A DNA stretch of 64,000 nucleotides, taken from the NCBI GenBank assembly GCA_963678385.1, contig OY782829.1:781397-845396 (forward strand), written 5' to 3'. This document shows, one piece after another, positions 8,950-18,643 of the stretch. Position 1 is the first letter of the stretch. Each line of letters starts with the position of its first letter. Below the pieces are notes generated by a model. The model worked only from the letters and a program-made list of their open reading frames with translations, did no database searches and had not been told where the DNA came from. The translations under genes and the position numbers were made by a program. This stretch comes from Anaerovoracaceae bacterium. GTDB taxonomy: Bacteria > Bacillota > Clostridia > Peptostreptococcales > Anaerovoracaceae.

Positions 8950-9186
8950 ATGCCTATCATCACAAGCGTCCAGCCCATGAGTAATTTCAAGATCAAAGTA
9001 AAGTTCAACAACGGAACGGTACTGACGCTTGATATGAAGTATAAATTGAAAACGATCCGGTTTCAGCAGCTGCGGGACAAGGGGATTTTTTGCAGTGCGA
9101 TCACGGATGGCTACAGTATACGGTGGAATGAATTCGTTGAAATATCGGTAACAGAAATATTTGAAATGGCCCAAATGAATATGTAA
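8950..9186 (+). CDS. DUF2442-like small protein
   Basis: ITSVQP..NFKIKVKFNNG...DMK...F..L....F......DGYSIRW pattern. Confidence 0.7.
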   Translation: MPIITSVQPMSNFKIKVKFNNGTVLTLDMKYKLKTIRFQQLRDKGIFCSAITDGYSIRWNEFVEISVTEIFEMAQMNM

Positions 9187-9206
9187 TCGCGAAACGTGTC
9201 GAATTT

Positions 9207-9250
9207 TTACCCAGTGGGTAATTGTAACGGCTTATTAACCACCATACAAT
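9207..9250 (+). promoter_or_regulatory. Operator palindrome + promoter for the SLH protein gene
   Basis: ttaccca-g-tgggtaa abutting TTGTAA-17 bp-TACAAT. Confidence 0.72.
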
Positions 9251-9299
9251 TTTGTAAAATAGATTTTATTTGAATTTAATTAAAGGAGCGGAATTATTT

Positions 9300-12200
9300 A
9301 TGAGTAAAGTGAAAAGAAAAATCCTATCGGTACTCCTGGCGCTTGCAATGATTGCAGGCATGTTGCCGGCAGGAATGATAGAGGCCCATGCCTTTACCGG
9401 AACATGGGCGGATCACGCTGCAAGCGGTTTTGCCGTTGGCGACGGGACCTCAGGGAACCCGTACCAGATCTCTTCGGCGGCAGAGTTGGCTCATCTGGCA
9501 ACATTGGTAAACAGCGGTACCGACACATCGGGAAAGTATTATAAGCTGATGGCTGACATAGACGTCAATGATTATGTATGGGAACCGATCGGGTATCGTT
9601 CAAAGTGGCAAGGCGGGGATTATTCATTTAAAGGGAATTTTGAAGGCAACGGCTACTGTATAAAAAGGGTACATTTCGGCGGAGGAGCCGCTTCGCCCAA
9701 TGAGAATTACTCCTATGGGGGATTGTTTGGACAGACAGACGGAGCTGTGATCAAAAATCTGGGAATCGACACCGGTACCTCAGGGAACGGAATGAGTCTG
9801 GAAGGAATGCATGACGCCTTCCTGGGCGCTCTTGTCGGATGTGCAAACAACACAACGATCACAAACTGCTATTCCACAGGCGATAATGCAATTATCATCG
9901 GGCATAACAGTTCATCAAGCTATTCAACTGATGTTTCAAGCCAAAAACCCGCCGTCGGAGGTCTGGTGGGTGTTGCATCAGGCGGCACCAAAATTGACCG
10001 GTGCCATTCGGACGTTAAGGTCGTTATAGCTTATTTTTCGGATGCGGGAGGTTTGGTTGGACGTATCGCGGAATCTACCGTTAAAAACAGCTACTCTGTT
10101 TCTTCGGCGGGGTCTGCCGCCAGTCGGGCAGTCTCTATCAATTACAACATGAAAACCGATAACGCAATACAACCGTATGTCGGAGGTCTGGTAGGTAATT
10201 GCGGCACATTCGGTAAGATTGAGAACTGTTATACCACCCGTAACATTTATTTGATCGGAAGTGGAGCTACTCCGAGTTTCGCGATTCGTATCGGCGGCTT
10301 TGTCGGGTACAATTCCTATGGCACAATCATGAATTGTTTTGCTGCAGCAGAGACGATGAATATACAAAATTCAAATACAGACGCTAAAATCGGCGGTTTT
10401 GCAGGAGAAATCACATACCTGTCAACGATTTACAATTCATATTACAATAGCAGTATTTATACTTCTCCCTTCGGAACGAACACCGGAGCTTATTCGGCGG
10501 CAGTTCAGCTTACCGATGCTCAAATGAAGGGCGAAGCGAAGTCGATAGAGTACTATACTTCCTATACAAACAGCACAACAAACACGATAGGCGGTACCGC
10601 CTCCTCTGTCATCGATGCGCTTAATCTCGGCCGACCTGCGGGAGACGTCTTATATTCGTGGCAGGCCGACAGCTCGTCGGCAAACAACGGATATCCGTTG
10701 TTTTATACCGGATCGACCTCATCGATTTCACTGAAAAATAAGACTGTTGATTATAACGGCTCGGCCGTGGCATACACCTCGGCCGACATCGCATCGCTAA
10801 GCGGATCCAGCGGAACTTTGAGCTATAAATACTATTCTGACGCTGGCTGCAGTACAGAAATTGCTGCCCCGAGCAATGCCGGGACGTATTATGTAAAAGC
10901 GACGGTTGCAGCGGACAGTATTTATAGCAGTGCTGAATCCTCAGCGGCAACACTGACGATATCGACTGTACCGGTAACTGGCATCACCGGAGTACCAACA
11001 AGTGCAACGGCGGGCACGGACCTGACACTTTCCGGAACCGTAAATCCCGGAACTGCTACGAATAAAACCATAACCTGGACTGTAAAGAACGCCGGAGGAA
11101 CCGGCGCAACGATCAGCGGTGATACACTTTCCGCCAGCGCCGCGGGGACTGTTACAGTCACTGCGACCATCACGAACGGAACAGCAGTCGGCACAAACTA
11201 TACGCAGGATTTTGACATTACAGTAAGCATGCCGTTCGTGCCGGTGACGGGTATCACGGGAGTATCGACCGCGATGACGGCCGGCACCCCGCTGACGCTC
11301 TCCGGTACTGTGGGTCCTTCTGGTGCTACGAATAAAACCATAACCTGGACTGTAAAGAACGCCGGAGGAACCGGCGCAACGATCAGCGGTGATACACTTT
11401 CCGCCAGCGCCGCGGGGACTGTTACAGTCACTGCGACCATCACGAACGGAACAGCAGTCGGCACAAACTATACGCAGGATTTTGACATTACAGTAAGCAT
11501 GCCGTTCGTGCCGGTGACGGGTATCACGGGAGTATCGACCGCGATGACGGCCGGCACCCCGCTGACGCTCTCCGGTACTGTGGGTCCTTCTGGTGCTACG
11601 AATAAAACCATAACCTGGACTGTAAAGAACGCCGGAGGAACCGGCGCAACGATCAGCGGTGATACACTTTCCGCCAGCGCCGCGGGGACTGTTACAGTCA
11701 CTGCGACCATCACGAACGGAACAGCAGTCGGCACAAACTATACGCAGGATTTTGACATTACAGTAAGCATGCCGTTCGTGCCGGTGACGGGTATCACGGG
11801 AGTATCGACCGCGATGACGGCCGGCACCCCGCTGACGCTCTCCGGTACTGTGGGTCCTTCTGGTGCTACGAATAAAACCATAACCTGGACTGTAAAGAAC
11901 GCCGGAGGAACCGGCGCAACGATCAGCGGTGATACACTTTCCGCCAGCGCCGCGGGGACTGTTACAGTCACAGCGACCATTACGAACGGAACGGCAGTCG
12001 GCACAAACTATACCGAGGACTTTAACATTACAGTAAGCATGCCGTTCGTGCCGGTGACGGGTATCACGGGAGTATCGACCGCGATGACGGCCGGCACCCC
12101 GCTGACGCTCTCCGGTACTGTGGGTCCTTCTGGTGCTACGAATAAAACCATAACCTGGACTGTAAAGAACGCCGGAGGAACCGGCGCAACGATCAGCGGA

Positions 12201-13916
12201 AGCACGCTTTCCGCTGTCAGTGCGGGCACCGTTACCGTCACTGCGACCATTACAAACGGAACGGCAGTCGGCACAAACTATACCGAGGACTTTACTATAG
12301 CGGTAAGTACGACACCTCCTGCGGATAAAATCCTGATAAGTATTAACACCCCGACCGCCATAACCGGCCTGAACAACGGTACGGCGAAAACCACCTCTGC
12401 GTTGGGCCTGCCCTCTTCGGTGACACTGAACACTGACAACGGATATGTCAGCGCCAGTGTGACTTGGGATGTAGCCTCCTGTGCTTACAATGCAGCCTCG
12501 ACCAGCGCACAGACATTCACTGTCAGCGGTACGGCCACTCTGCCGGCAGGTGTGGTAAACACAAACAGCATTTCCCTAAACACCAGTATTAGTGTGACAG
12601 TCAACATGGCTTCCGGCGGTAGCGGCGGAGGCGGCGGTTCCAATGGTGGCGGCGGTTCCAATGGTGGCGGTGGAGGCGGAGGCGGCACTCCGACAACGAG
12701 CGGCAGCAGCGCTACCAAAGTCATGGTTGACGGAGGCACAGTCACAGCGGCTCAGACATTTTCAGCGACCACGGGGTCAGACGGTATGGTGGCAGCCAGT
12801 GTAACCAAGGATCAGATTGCAGGGATGGTAAAAGCAGCCGGCGAAAAAGCGCAGGGTCTGAATACTCAAACATCACTGGAAATAACGGTTGATTCCGGCA
12901 ATGCCGCGACCGGCGTATCTGTGACCATCAACCAGGGTGCGGCATCTACGTTGACCAATGGTGTATCCGCCTTGACGATCTCATCGCCCATTGTTAAGGT
13001 AACATTTGATGATAAAGCTTTGGATGCAATCAACAAAAATACCGCCGGAGACATCACTGTTACGGCGCGTAAGCCGGCTGACACCGTACTATCCGACGAG
13101 GATAAAGCAATCATAGGTAACAGACCGGTATATGATCTTAAGGTATCCAATGGCGGCACGGCAATTTCGACATTCGGTGGCGGTACTGCAACAGTAAGCG
13201 TTCCATATAAGCACGCCGCAGGCGAAGACGTCAACAAAATAGTCGTTTACTATATTTCAGGCAGCGGTAAGCTTGTTGTGGTTCCGGACTGCTCCTATGA
13301 CGCTTCCAGCGGAACGGTGACTTTTAAGACGACACATTTTTCCTCCTACGCTGTAGCTTATAACAACGTCAGCTTCACAGATGTATCCGGCTGGTATGCG
13401 GATTATGTGAGCTATCTCGCTGCGCGGGGCATCATAAACGGCGCAGGCGACGAGAAATTCAGCCCGGGCAACAACATAACAAGAGCTGAATTTGTAACGA
13501 TACTTGCAAAGCTTTCCGGCAACGATCTAAGCAGTTATACAACTTCCGCTTTCGGCGATGTAGCGGCGAACGCCTGGTATTCCGCTGCAGTACAGTGGGC
13601 ATATGAAAACGGTATCGCGTCCGGCAACAATGGTAATTTCGGTCCCAATGCGAAGATTACCCGCGAGCAGATGGCGGCTATGCTGTATAACTACGCCAAA
13701 TACATGGGGATTGACGTTTCCGGTGTGGGAATGTCCCAACAGAAATTCTCTGACGCCGCAAGCATTTCAAAATGGGCCGCAAGTCCGGTTCAATGGGCTG
13801 TCAGCAGCGGCATCGTTTCCGGCAACAGCAACGGTACCTTTACTCCAAATGCGAATGCCACGCGGGGCCAGACTGCAAAAATGATTGCAGTTCTCATGCA
13901 GGGCACGATAAAATAA
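9300..13916 (+). CDS. Large secreted SLH-anchored surface protein (GLUG-type repeats, MBG-like domain, five Ig-like repeats, three SLH domains)
   Basis: Signal peptide, GDGTSGNPYQI, repeated VGGLVG, Gly-rich linker, SLH motifs FSPGNNITRAEF / FGPNAKITREQM / FTPNANATRGQ. Confidence 0.9.
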   Translation: MSKVKRKILSVLLALAMIAGMLPAGMIEAHAFTGTWADHAASGFAVGDGTSGNPYQISSAAELAHLATLVNSGTDTSGKYYKLMADIDVNDYVWEPIGYRSKWQGGDYSFKGNFEGNGYCIKRVHFGGGAASPNENYSYGGLFGQTDGAVIKNLGIDTGTSGNGMSLEGMHDAFLGALVGCANNTTITNCYSTGDNAIIIGHNSSSSYSTDVSSQKPAVGGLVGVASGGTKIDRCHSDVKVVIAYFSDAGGLVGRIAESTVKNSYSVSSAGSAASRAVSINYNMKTDNAIQPYVGGLVGNCGTFGKIENCYTTRNIYLIGSGATPSFAIRIGGFVGYNSYGTIMNCFAAAETMNIQNSNTDAKIGGFAGEITYLSTIYNSYYNSSIYTSPFGTNTGAYSAAVQLTDAQMKGEAKSIEYYTSYTNSTTNTIGGTASSVIDALNLGRPAGDVLYSWQADSSSANNGYPLFYTGSTSSISLKNKTVDYNGSAVAYTSADIASLSGSSGTLSYKYYSDAGCSTEIAAPSNAGTYYVKATVAADSIYSSAESSAATLTISTVPVTGITGVPTSATAGTDLTLSGTVNPGTATNKTITWTVKNAGGTGATISGDTLSASAAGTVTVTATITNGTAVGTNYTQDFDITVSMPFVPVTGITGVSTAMTAGTPLTLSGTVGPSGATNKTITWTVKNAGGTGATISGDTLSASAAGTVTVTATITNGTAVGTNYTQDFDITVSMPFVPVTGITGVSTAMTAGTPLTLSGTVGPSGATNKTITWTVKNAGGTGATISGDTLSASAAGTVTVTATITNGTAVGTNYTQDFDITVSMPFVPVTGITGVSTAMTAGTPLTLSGTVGPSGATNKTITWTVKNAGGTGATISGDTLSASAAGTVTVTATITNGTAVGTNYTEDFNITVSMPFVPVTGITGVSTAMTAGTPLTLSGTVGPSGATNKTITWTVKNAGGTGATISGSTLSAVSAGTVTVTATITNGTAVGTNYTEDFTIAVSTTPPADKILISINTPTAITGLNNGTAKTTSALGLPSSVTLNTDNGYVSASVTWDVASCAYNAASTSAQTFTVSGTATLPAGVVNTNSISLNTSISVTVNMASGGSGGGGGSNGGGGSNGGGGGGGGTPTTSGSSATKVMVDGGTVTAAQTFSATTGSDGMVAASVTKDQIAGMVKAAGEKAQGLNTQTSLEITVDSGNAATGVSVTINQGAASTLTNGVSALTISSPIVKVTFDDKALDAINKNTAGDITVTARKPADTVLSDEDKAIIGNRPVYDLKVSNGGTAISTFGGGTATVSVPYKHAAGEDVNKIVVYYISGSGKLVVVPDCSYDASSGTVTFKTTHFSSYAVAYNNVSFTDVSGWYADYVSYLAARGIINGAGDEKFSPGNNITRAEFVTILAKLSGNDLSSYTTSAFGDVAANAWYSAAVQWAYENGIASGNNGNFGPNAKITREQMAAMLYNYAKYMGIDVSGVGMSQQKFSDAASISKWAASPVQWAVSSGIVSGNSNGTFTPNANATRGQTAKMIAVLMQGTIK
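10968..12306 (+). repeat. Five tandem 270-bp (90-aa) Ig-like units
   Basis: taacctggac recurs at 11071, 11341, 11611, 11881, 12151; central units are nucleotide-identical over long stretches. Confidence 0.95.
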
Positions 13917-13945
13917 TAAAAATAGGCGATTGGTGTTGGAATACC

Positions 13946-13985
13946 AAAACATATGAGAGGTCATAATGGCCTCTCATATGTTTTT
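13946..13985 (+). terminator. Terminator after SLH gene
   Basis: aaaacatatgagagg / cctctcatatgtttt. Confidence 0.85.
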
Positions 13986-14252
13986 ATACATTTTCATCAG
14001 GATCGGGATATTCAGAAAATCTTAAAGCTTGACTTTCAGCGGGGGTGTTCAGCTTTTAAAACAGAAAGAGCACCGGGTTCGGTGCTCCTGGTTATAATAT
14101 TGTGAGGTCGCAAGTATATACTATGTATCTACATGAGTCAAGTAATCGATAAATCCACGTTCGACTTCCTTCCAATGTTTTGGTATAATTCAGTCATAGC
14201 ATTTCATTCATCATATTACTATTTGAGGACCGACAATAAGAAGGAGTAAGCC

Positions 14253-14813
14253 ATGTATCTCATCTTCACAGCCAGCCCAAACAAGGCAGGCCTCACAGCC
14301 GCCTGCGGAAAGGCTGCTTATAACGGAATCTCCGCCGCGGGTGGTTCGGCGGAACTGATCGATATCAGTGAATTGAACGTCCAGTCATGCAAAATCTGCG
14401 GCGGCGGATGGGGAACGTGCCGCAGCACAGGAGCATGCGTCATTGACGACAGCCTTGCGGATATTCAAGTAAAAATCAGGGACTGCGAGGGCCTGTTCCT
14501 TGTAACGCCTGTTTACTTCTGGCAGCCCTCAGAGCGTATGAAGTATTTCTGCGATCGCTTTCGCCGCTGCGAAGCGTTCCGCGAAGGAGGCAGCTGGGCT
14601 AAGGGCAAGCAGGTCAACCTCATCGCTGCAGCCGGTGGTACCGGCAACGGCACTGTAACTGCTTTGGCGGAGCTAGAAAACTGGTGCAGGCATATACTCG
14701 CGGTACCCCAGGAGCGAATCGGCGTAACGCGCTTCAACCGCGACGCCGCGCTATCGATGATCGAGGACGCCGGCTCCAGGCTGGTCAAGGGCGAATTTTT
14801 CAAGAGCGTTTAG
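14253..14813 (+). CDS. Flavodoxin-like / iron-sulfur flavoprotein (NADPH-dependent FMN reductase family)
   Basis: ASPNKAGLT, C..C...W..C......C.IDD cysteine cluster, TPVYF motif. Confidence 0.85.
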   Translation: MYLIFTASPNKAGLTAACGKAAYNGISAAGGSAELIDISELNVQSCKICGGGWGTCRSTGACVIDDSLADIQVKIRDCEGLFLVTPVYFWQPSERMKYFCDRFRRCEAFREGGSWAKGKQVNLIAAAGGTGNGTVTALAELENWCRHILAVPQERIGVTRFNRDAALSMIEDAGSRLVKGEFFKSV

Positions 14814-14845
14814 AGAACTTCTCCGAAGCGCTTATCGGGCAAATT

Positions 14846-14892
14846 AAAAGAGGCTATACATTCTTATTGCAAGAAGTATAACCTCTTTTTTA
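14846..14892. terminator. Bidirectional terminator between convergent genes
   Basis: aaaagagg.tatac...gtataacctctttt. Confidence 0.7.
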
Positions 14893-14908
14893 TGTGTATC
14901 AAAATGTA

Positions 14909-16435
14909 TTAAATTCGTTTTGACATTTTCTTAAACACATCTTCCAGTGCAAAATAGCATTCGTCAAACAGCTCTTTTACCGGAGCGTATTTCTTTACTG
15001 CTTCCGGATCCGGTGTATGTACGGAATCAATGTTGATGAACTTGTCGATGGCAGTAAAGTCTTTAAATATCCCGGCGCCGACGCCGCCTGTTACCGCTGC
15101 GCCCATGGAGCCTGCTTCTTCCAGCAGGGATGGAACCGAGATCTTCGCGTTGTAGACGTCCGCCATGATCTGTCTCCAGACAGCGCCCTTTGCGCCTCCT
15201 CCGATAACGAGGATTTCCTCGATATCGACCTGTGTCCTGAGGACGTCCAGGCAGATGGACAGGTTCATCGTGACGCCTTCCAACACGCTTCTTAATAGAT
15301 CGCCGCGCGTATTTTCGGGTTTCATACCGATCCAGGCGCCCTTTGCGTCCGGATTCCAACGTGGCGCGCGCTCTCCGAGCAGATAGGGAAGAAAGATGAC
15401 GCCGTTTGACCCGATGGGGCTTTGGGCGATCTGCTCATTCATATAGGTATAGGGTGAAGTTCCGTTCAGCTTGGCGTCATAGCTCTCCATGGTGCATATC
15501 GTGTTTTTGAGCCAGTTGTAGGAGCCTCCGGCATACTGCATCGTGCCGTTCGGCGCGTATAAGCCGGGTACGATATGAGCCCAGGTCACGATCCTCATTT
15601 TCTCGTCAAAAATCGGCTTTTCCGTTGTGGTTGTGATCCACGCGGAAGTACCCATGCAATTGTATGTTTTTCCGGGAGCGATGGAACCGCAGCCGATATT
15701 GGCTGCAACACCGTCGCCTCCACCGAGAACGACGGGTGTGCCGACCGCAAGCCCAGTTGCTTTTGCTGCTGCTTCGGTGACGCCGCCTGCGACAAAGGTG
15801 GAAGGCTTTAATTCCGGAAGTTTATCGGGATCAATGCCTGCGTATTTTAAAATTTCTTCCGACCACTGCAATGTATTGAGGTCAAAACACCCATTGCTGT
15901 TGCCGTCGGAAGGCTCAGTGTAAAAGTTTCCCGTAAGCCGGAATACGATGAAATCTTTCGCGTTCAATGTTTTATATGTATTTTCGTAGATTTCCGGCTC
16001 GTTGTCCTTGACCCACATCAGCTTCTGGATACCATAGGAGGCGGTGTTCCGATGCCCTACGATATGATAAAAATCCCATTGACTGATATGTTCTTCGATT
16101 TGGGCCGCCTGTCTCTGGGCGCGCTGGTCAGCCCAGATCATGGATGGACGAAGGGGATTTCCCTGTTTGTCAACACACAGGCATCCCATCATTTGTCCGC
16201 TGAAGCTGATCGCCTTGATGTCTTTTGCGTCGATCCCGGTGGACTGGATCAGCTGTCTGCTGGTATGGCATACCGCATTCCACCAGTCTTCGGCATTCTG
16301 TTCCACCCAGGTATCATTGAAATAGTGGGCGTCATACGAATATACTTCGCTTCCTATAAGCTGACCTTCGGCGGAAAAAAGCGTTGCTTTATTGCCGGAG
16401 GTTCCCAGATCATGCGCTAATATATAGGTCGGCAT
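14909..16435 (-). CDS. FGGY-family carbohydrate kinase (xylulokinase-like)
   Basis: AHDLGTSGNKA, SFSGQMMG, GGGDG, FLPYLLGERAP, SVLEGV, GGGAK; start at ATG 16435 behind GGAGG. Confidence 0.9.
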   Translation of the reverse strand: MPTYILAHDLGTSGNKATLFSAEGQLIGSEVYSYDAHYFNDTWVEQNAEDWWNAVCHTSRQLIQSTGIDAKDIKAISFSGQMMGCLCVDKQGNPLRPSMIWADQRAQRQAAQIEEHISQWDFYHIVGHRNTASYGIQKLMWVKDNEPEIYENTYKTLNAKDFIVFRLTGNFYTEPSDGNSNGCFDLNTLQWSEEILKYAGIDPDKLPELKPSTFVAGGVTEAAAKATGLAVGTPVVLGGGDGVAANIGCGSIAPGKTYNCMGTSAWITTTTEKPIFDEKMRIVTWAHIVPGLYAPNGTMQYAGGSYNWLKNTICTMESYDAKLNGTSPYTYMNEQIAQSPIGSNGVIFLPYLLGERAPRWNPDAKGAWIGMKPENTRGDLLRSVLEGVTMNLSICLDVLRTQVDIEEILVIGGGAKGAVWRQIMADVYNAKISVPSLLEEAGSMGAAVTGGVGAGIFKDFTAIDKFINIDSVHTPDPEAVKKYAPVKELFDECYFALEDVFKKMSKRI

Positions 16436-16451
16436 GTTATTCCTCCAAATG

Positions 16452-17207
16452 TTATTTATTCTCGGGGAATACTGTGATTTCGAAACTGCTTCTGTCGCCA
16501 CGGTATCTGGCCAGAGAATACTCAATAGGTTTGCCGAAGGTGTTATACCCTATTGACGTGAAATGCTGAATTGGTTTCCCTTTTTTGATATCCAGCAGAT
16601 TTACGTCTTCCGCTTTCGCTTCCACCGCTTCTACGATACGCTCCACCCGAAAAACAGTCGTCGCGGGTGATTCGCCTAAGATCGCATACAAGCGTTCCTG
16701 CTCTAAATCATGATTCATGACAAATGCGCATACGTCATGCGGAAGATAGGTCTTGATCGTTACAATTGGTTCACCATCGGCCAGGCGTTTTCTATGCATG
16801 TAAATTACGGATTCATTTTCTTTGATTTCCAAATGCCTCGCGACAACATCGGATGCGGGCATAACTTTGAGTTCCAATACTTCCGTGCTCGGCTCCATTC
16901 CGGAGCGAATGATCTGGTCGTTAAAACTCTCCAGCTTTTTAATAAAATCCTGGTTTATTTTCGGCAGGGATACAAAGGTTCCCTTGCTTTTTACTCTGTA
17001 CAACCAGCCCTCCTGTACCAGCTCGGTAACAGCCTGGCGGACAGTGGTGCGGCTTATCTGAAAGGCGTCGCTGATTTCATTCTCAGTAGGGATGACGTCT
17101 CCGCTTTTATAATGCCCATTCTTTATTTCAGAAAGGATAAGCTGCTTTAGCTGAAAATACAAGGGGATCGGTACAGTTTTGTCTATCGATGTAAGCTTTG
17201 TAAGCAT
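16452..17207 (-). CDS. GntR-family (HutC/UTRA) regulator
   Basis: PLYFQLK, IPTENEI...FQISRTTVRQA, KGTFV, C-terminal UTRA YRGDR. Confidence 0.92.
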   Translation of the reverse strand: MLTKLTSIDKTVPIPLYFQLKQLILSEIKNGHYKSGDVIPTENEISDAFQISRTTVRQAVTELVQEGWLYRVKSKGTFVSLPKINQDFIKKLESFNDQIIRSGMEPSTEVLELKVMPASDVVARHLEIKENESVIYMHRKRLADGEPIVTIKTYLPHDVCAFVMNHDLEQERLYAILGESPATTVFRVERIVEAVEAKAEDVNLLDIKKGKPIQHFTSIGYNTFGKPIEYSLARYRGDRSSFEITVFPENK

Positions 17208-17371
17208 AAATATTCCTCCTAAATCTTTAAAAATTTATTTACGATATTGTAACATATCAGATTTATACTTACAATAATGTATTGTTAATAAGTATTATTA
17301 TAGGTACATAGCTAGTTATAGAAGAATACGACATAGTGCTCTATGCGTATTCTACTTAAGGTGTACTCTAC

Positions 17372-18403
17372 TTAAAAGGTGATGATCCCTTTTTTCAGTA
17401 CTTCGCGATTCAGCAGCTTTTCGTATGCCTTTACCGAGTCGTCAAACTTGAAATAATCGGAAATGAAATCCTTAATAACAAGTTTCCCGGAACGCACCCA
17501 ATCAAGCACCTGCGCATGGGCTGCGCCTTCTTCCTCTTTGCGGGGCATCTGCTGGTAAATCACTCTCCAGTTATAAGAAGCCTTGCTGAAATCAATGGTG
17601 ACTTCCTCTTTTTCCGGAACTCCGTAACAAAGTACGGTGCCTCTGTCTGCGATAAGACCCATAGCCTGGTTCACAACCAGGGGCAAGCCGACCGCGTCCA
17701 AAACGAAGTCAACGCCGTCGGGATACAGAGAACGTACTTCCTTTTCAAAGTCTTGCGTTTTACTGTTGATCGTTTTAGTTGCTCCGGATTCTTTGGCGAG
17801 CTTCAGTTTTTCATCGAAAATATCGATTGCAATGATGTCTTTCACGCCAAGCAAGCTTAAAAACTTGATGAAGGTGAGACCTACCGGTCCCGCGCCGAAT
17901 ACGACGATTGAATGCTCCGGCTTGATTCCGAAATAACGGATATTGCTCAACACTTCTCTAAAAGTTACAAACATGACCGCGTCGACCGGATCCAGGTCGT
18001 CTGATAGAACGGTCTGGGCAAAAGCGCAGGAAGGCGCTTCTCCTTCTGCATATGCAAGCGGGTCGTGTACAACGGCATATTCGCTCAATGCGCCCCAGCC
18101 GGAGCCAAGATCTCCGTATAATTCTTTATCAGGATCTACGAAAGGCAGCAATACTTTGTCGCCGATCTTCAAGCCCTTAACATCAGCGCCGACTTCAACT
18201 ACTTCGCCGACTCCCTCATGTCCGAGCATGATGGGATATACGGATTCCGGAATACCCTTGAAGGTTCTATGTATGAGCTTTACATCCGTTCCGCACATAC
18301 CGCAGGCGATGGTCTTTACAAGCGCTTGTTTTGCGTTGATCTTTGGAATGGCGATTTCTTTGATTTCCAGGCTGCCGTCTCGATTTACCGCTAATGTTCT
18401 CAT
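17372..18403 (-). CDS. Zn-dependent MDR dehydrogenase lacking the structural Zn loop
   Basis: CGMCGTD, GHEGVG, GAGPVG; no four-Cys cluster. Confidence 0.85.
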   Translation of the reverse strand: MRTLAVNRDGSLEIKEIAIPKINAKQALVKTIACGMCGTDVKLIHRTFKGIPESVYPIMLGHEGVGEVVEVGADVKGLKIGDKVLLPFVDPDKELYGDLGSGWGALSEYAVVHDPLAYAEGEAPSCAFAQTVLSDDLDPVDAVMFVTFREVLSNIRYFGIKPEHSIVVFGAGPVGLTFIKFLSLLGVKDIIAIDIFDEKLKLAKESGATKTINSKTQDFEKEVRSLYPDGVDFVLDAVGLPLVVNQAMGLIADRGTVLCYGVPEKEEVTIDFSKASYNWRVIYQQMPRKEEEGAAHAQVLDWVRSGKLVIKDFISDYFKFDDSVKAYEKLLNREVLKKGIITF

Positions 18404-18459
18404 TTCCTAATTCCTCCCTAAATAAATGTATTTTTTATAATCATTCGATGTCGATATGA

Positions 18460-18479
18460 TGTTATGTAGTGACATAACA
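18460..18479. promoter_or_regulatory. Palindromic operator candidate between divergent genes
   Basis: tgttatgt-agtg-acataaca perfect 8-bp inverted repeat. Confidence 0.6.
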
Positions 18480-18553
18480 AATTATAACAGAACAAAGTTG
18501 AAATTACCAGCGAATTTTTTGATTCTTTGCTTATTTAAAAGGGGCAAGGAATC

Positions 18554-18582
18554 TTGACAGGGGGGAATAGGGAATGTATAAT
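18554..18582 (+). promoter_or_regulatory. Consensus sigma-A promoter of the glycerol dehydrogenase gene
   Basis: TTGACA-17 bp-TATAAT. Confidence 0.8.
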
Positions 18583-18643
18583 GTAGTAACAAAGTAACGA
18601 TACGAACAAAGAAGTTAATTATATATGTAAGGAGGCATATTTT

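Noticed and set aside
10922-12274. Five repeated minus-strand ORFs of 88-90 aa
   Set aside because: Antisense shadows of the Ig repeats in the SLH gene
12614-12690. GGC-rich low-complexity repeat as a contingency locus
   Set aside because: In-frame Gly/Ser/Asn linker typical of SLH proteins; triplet units would not shift the frame
14068-14087. Isolated hairpin gagcaccg-ggtt-cggtgctc as an ncRNA or riboswitch
   Set aside because: A single stem with no recognisable aptamer motif; could be a minus-strand terminator
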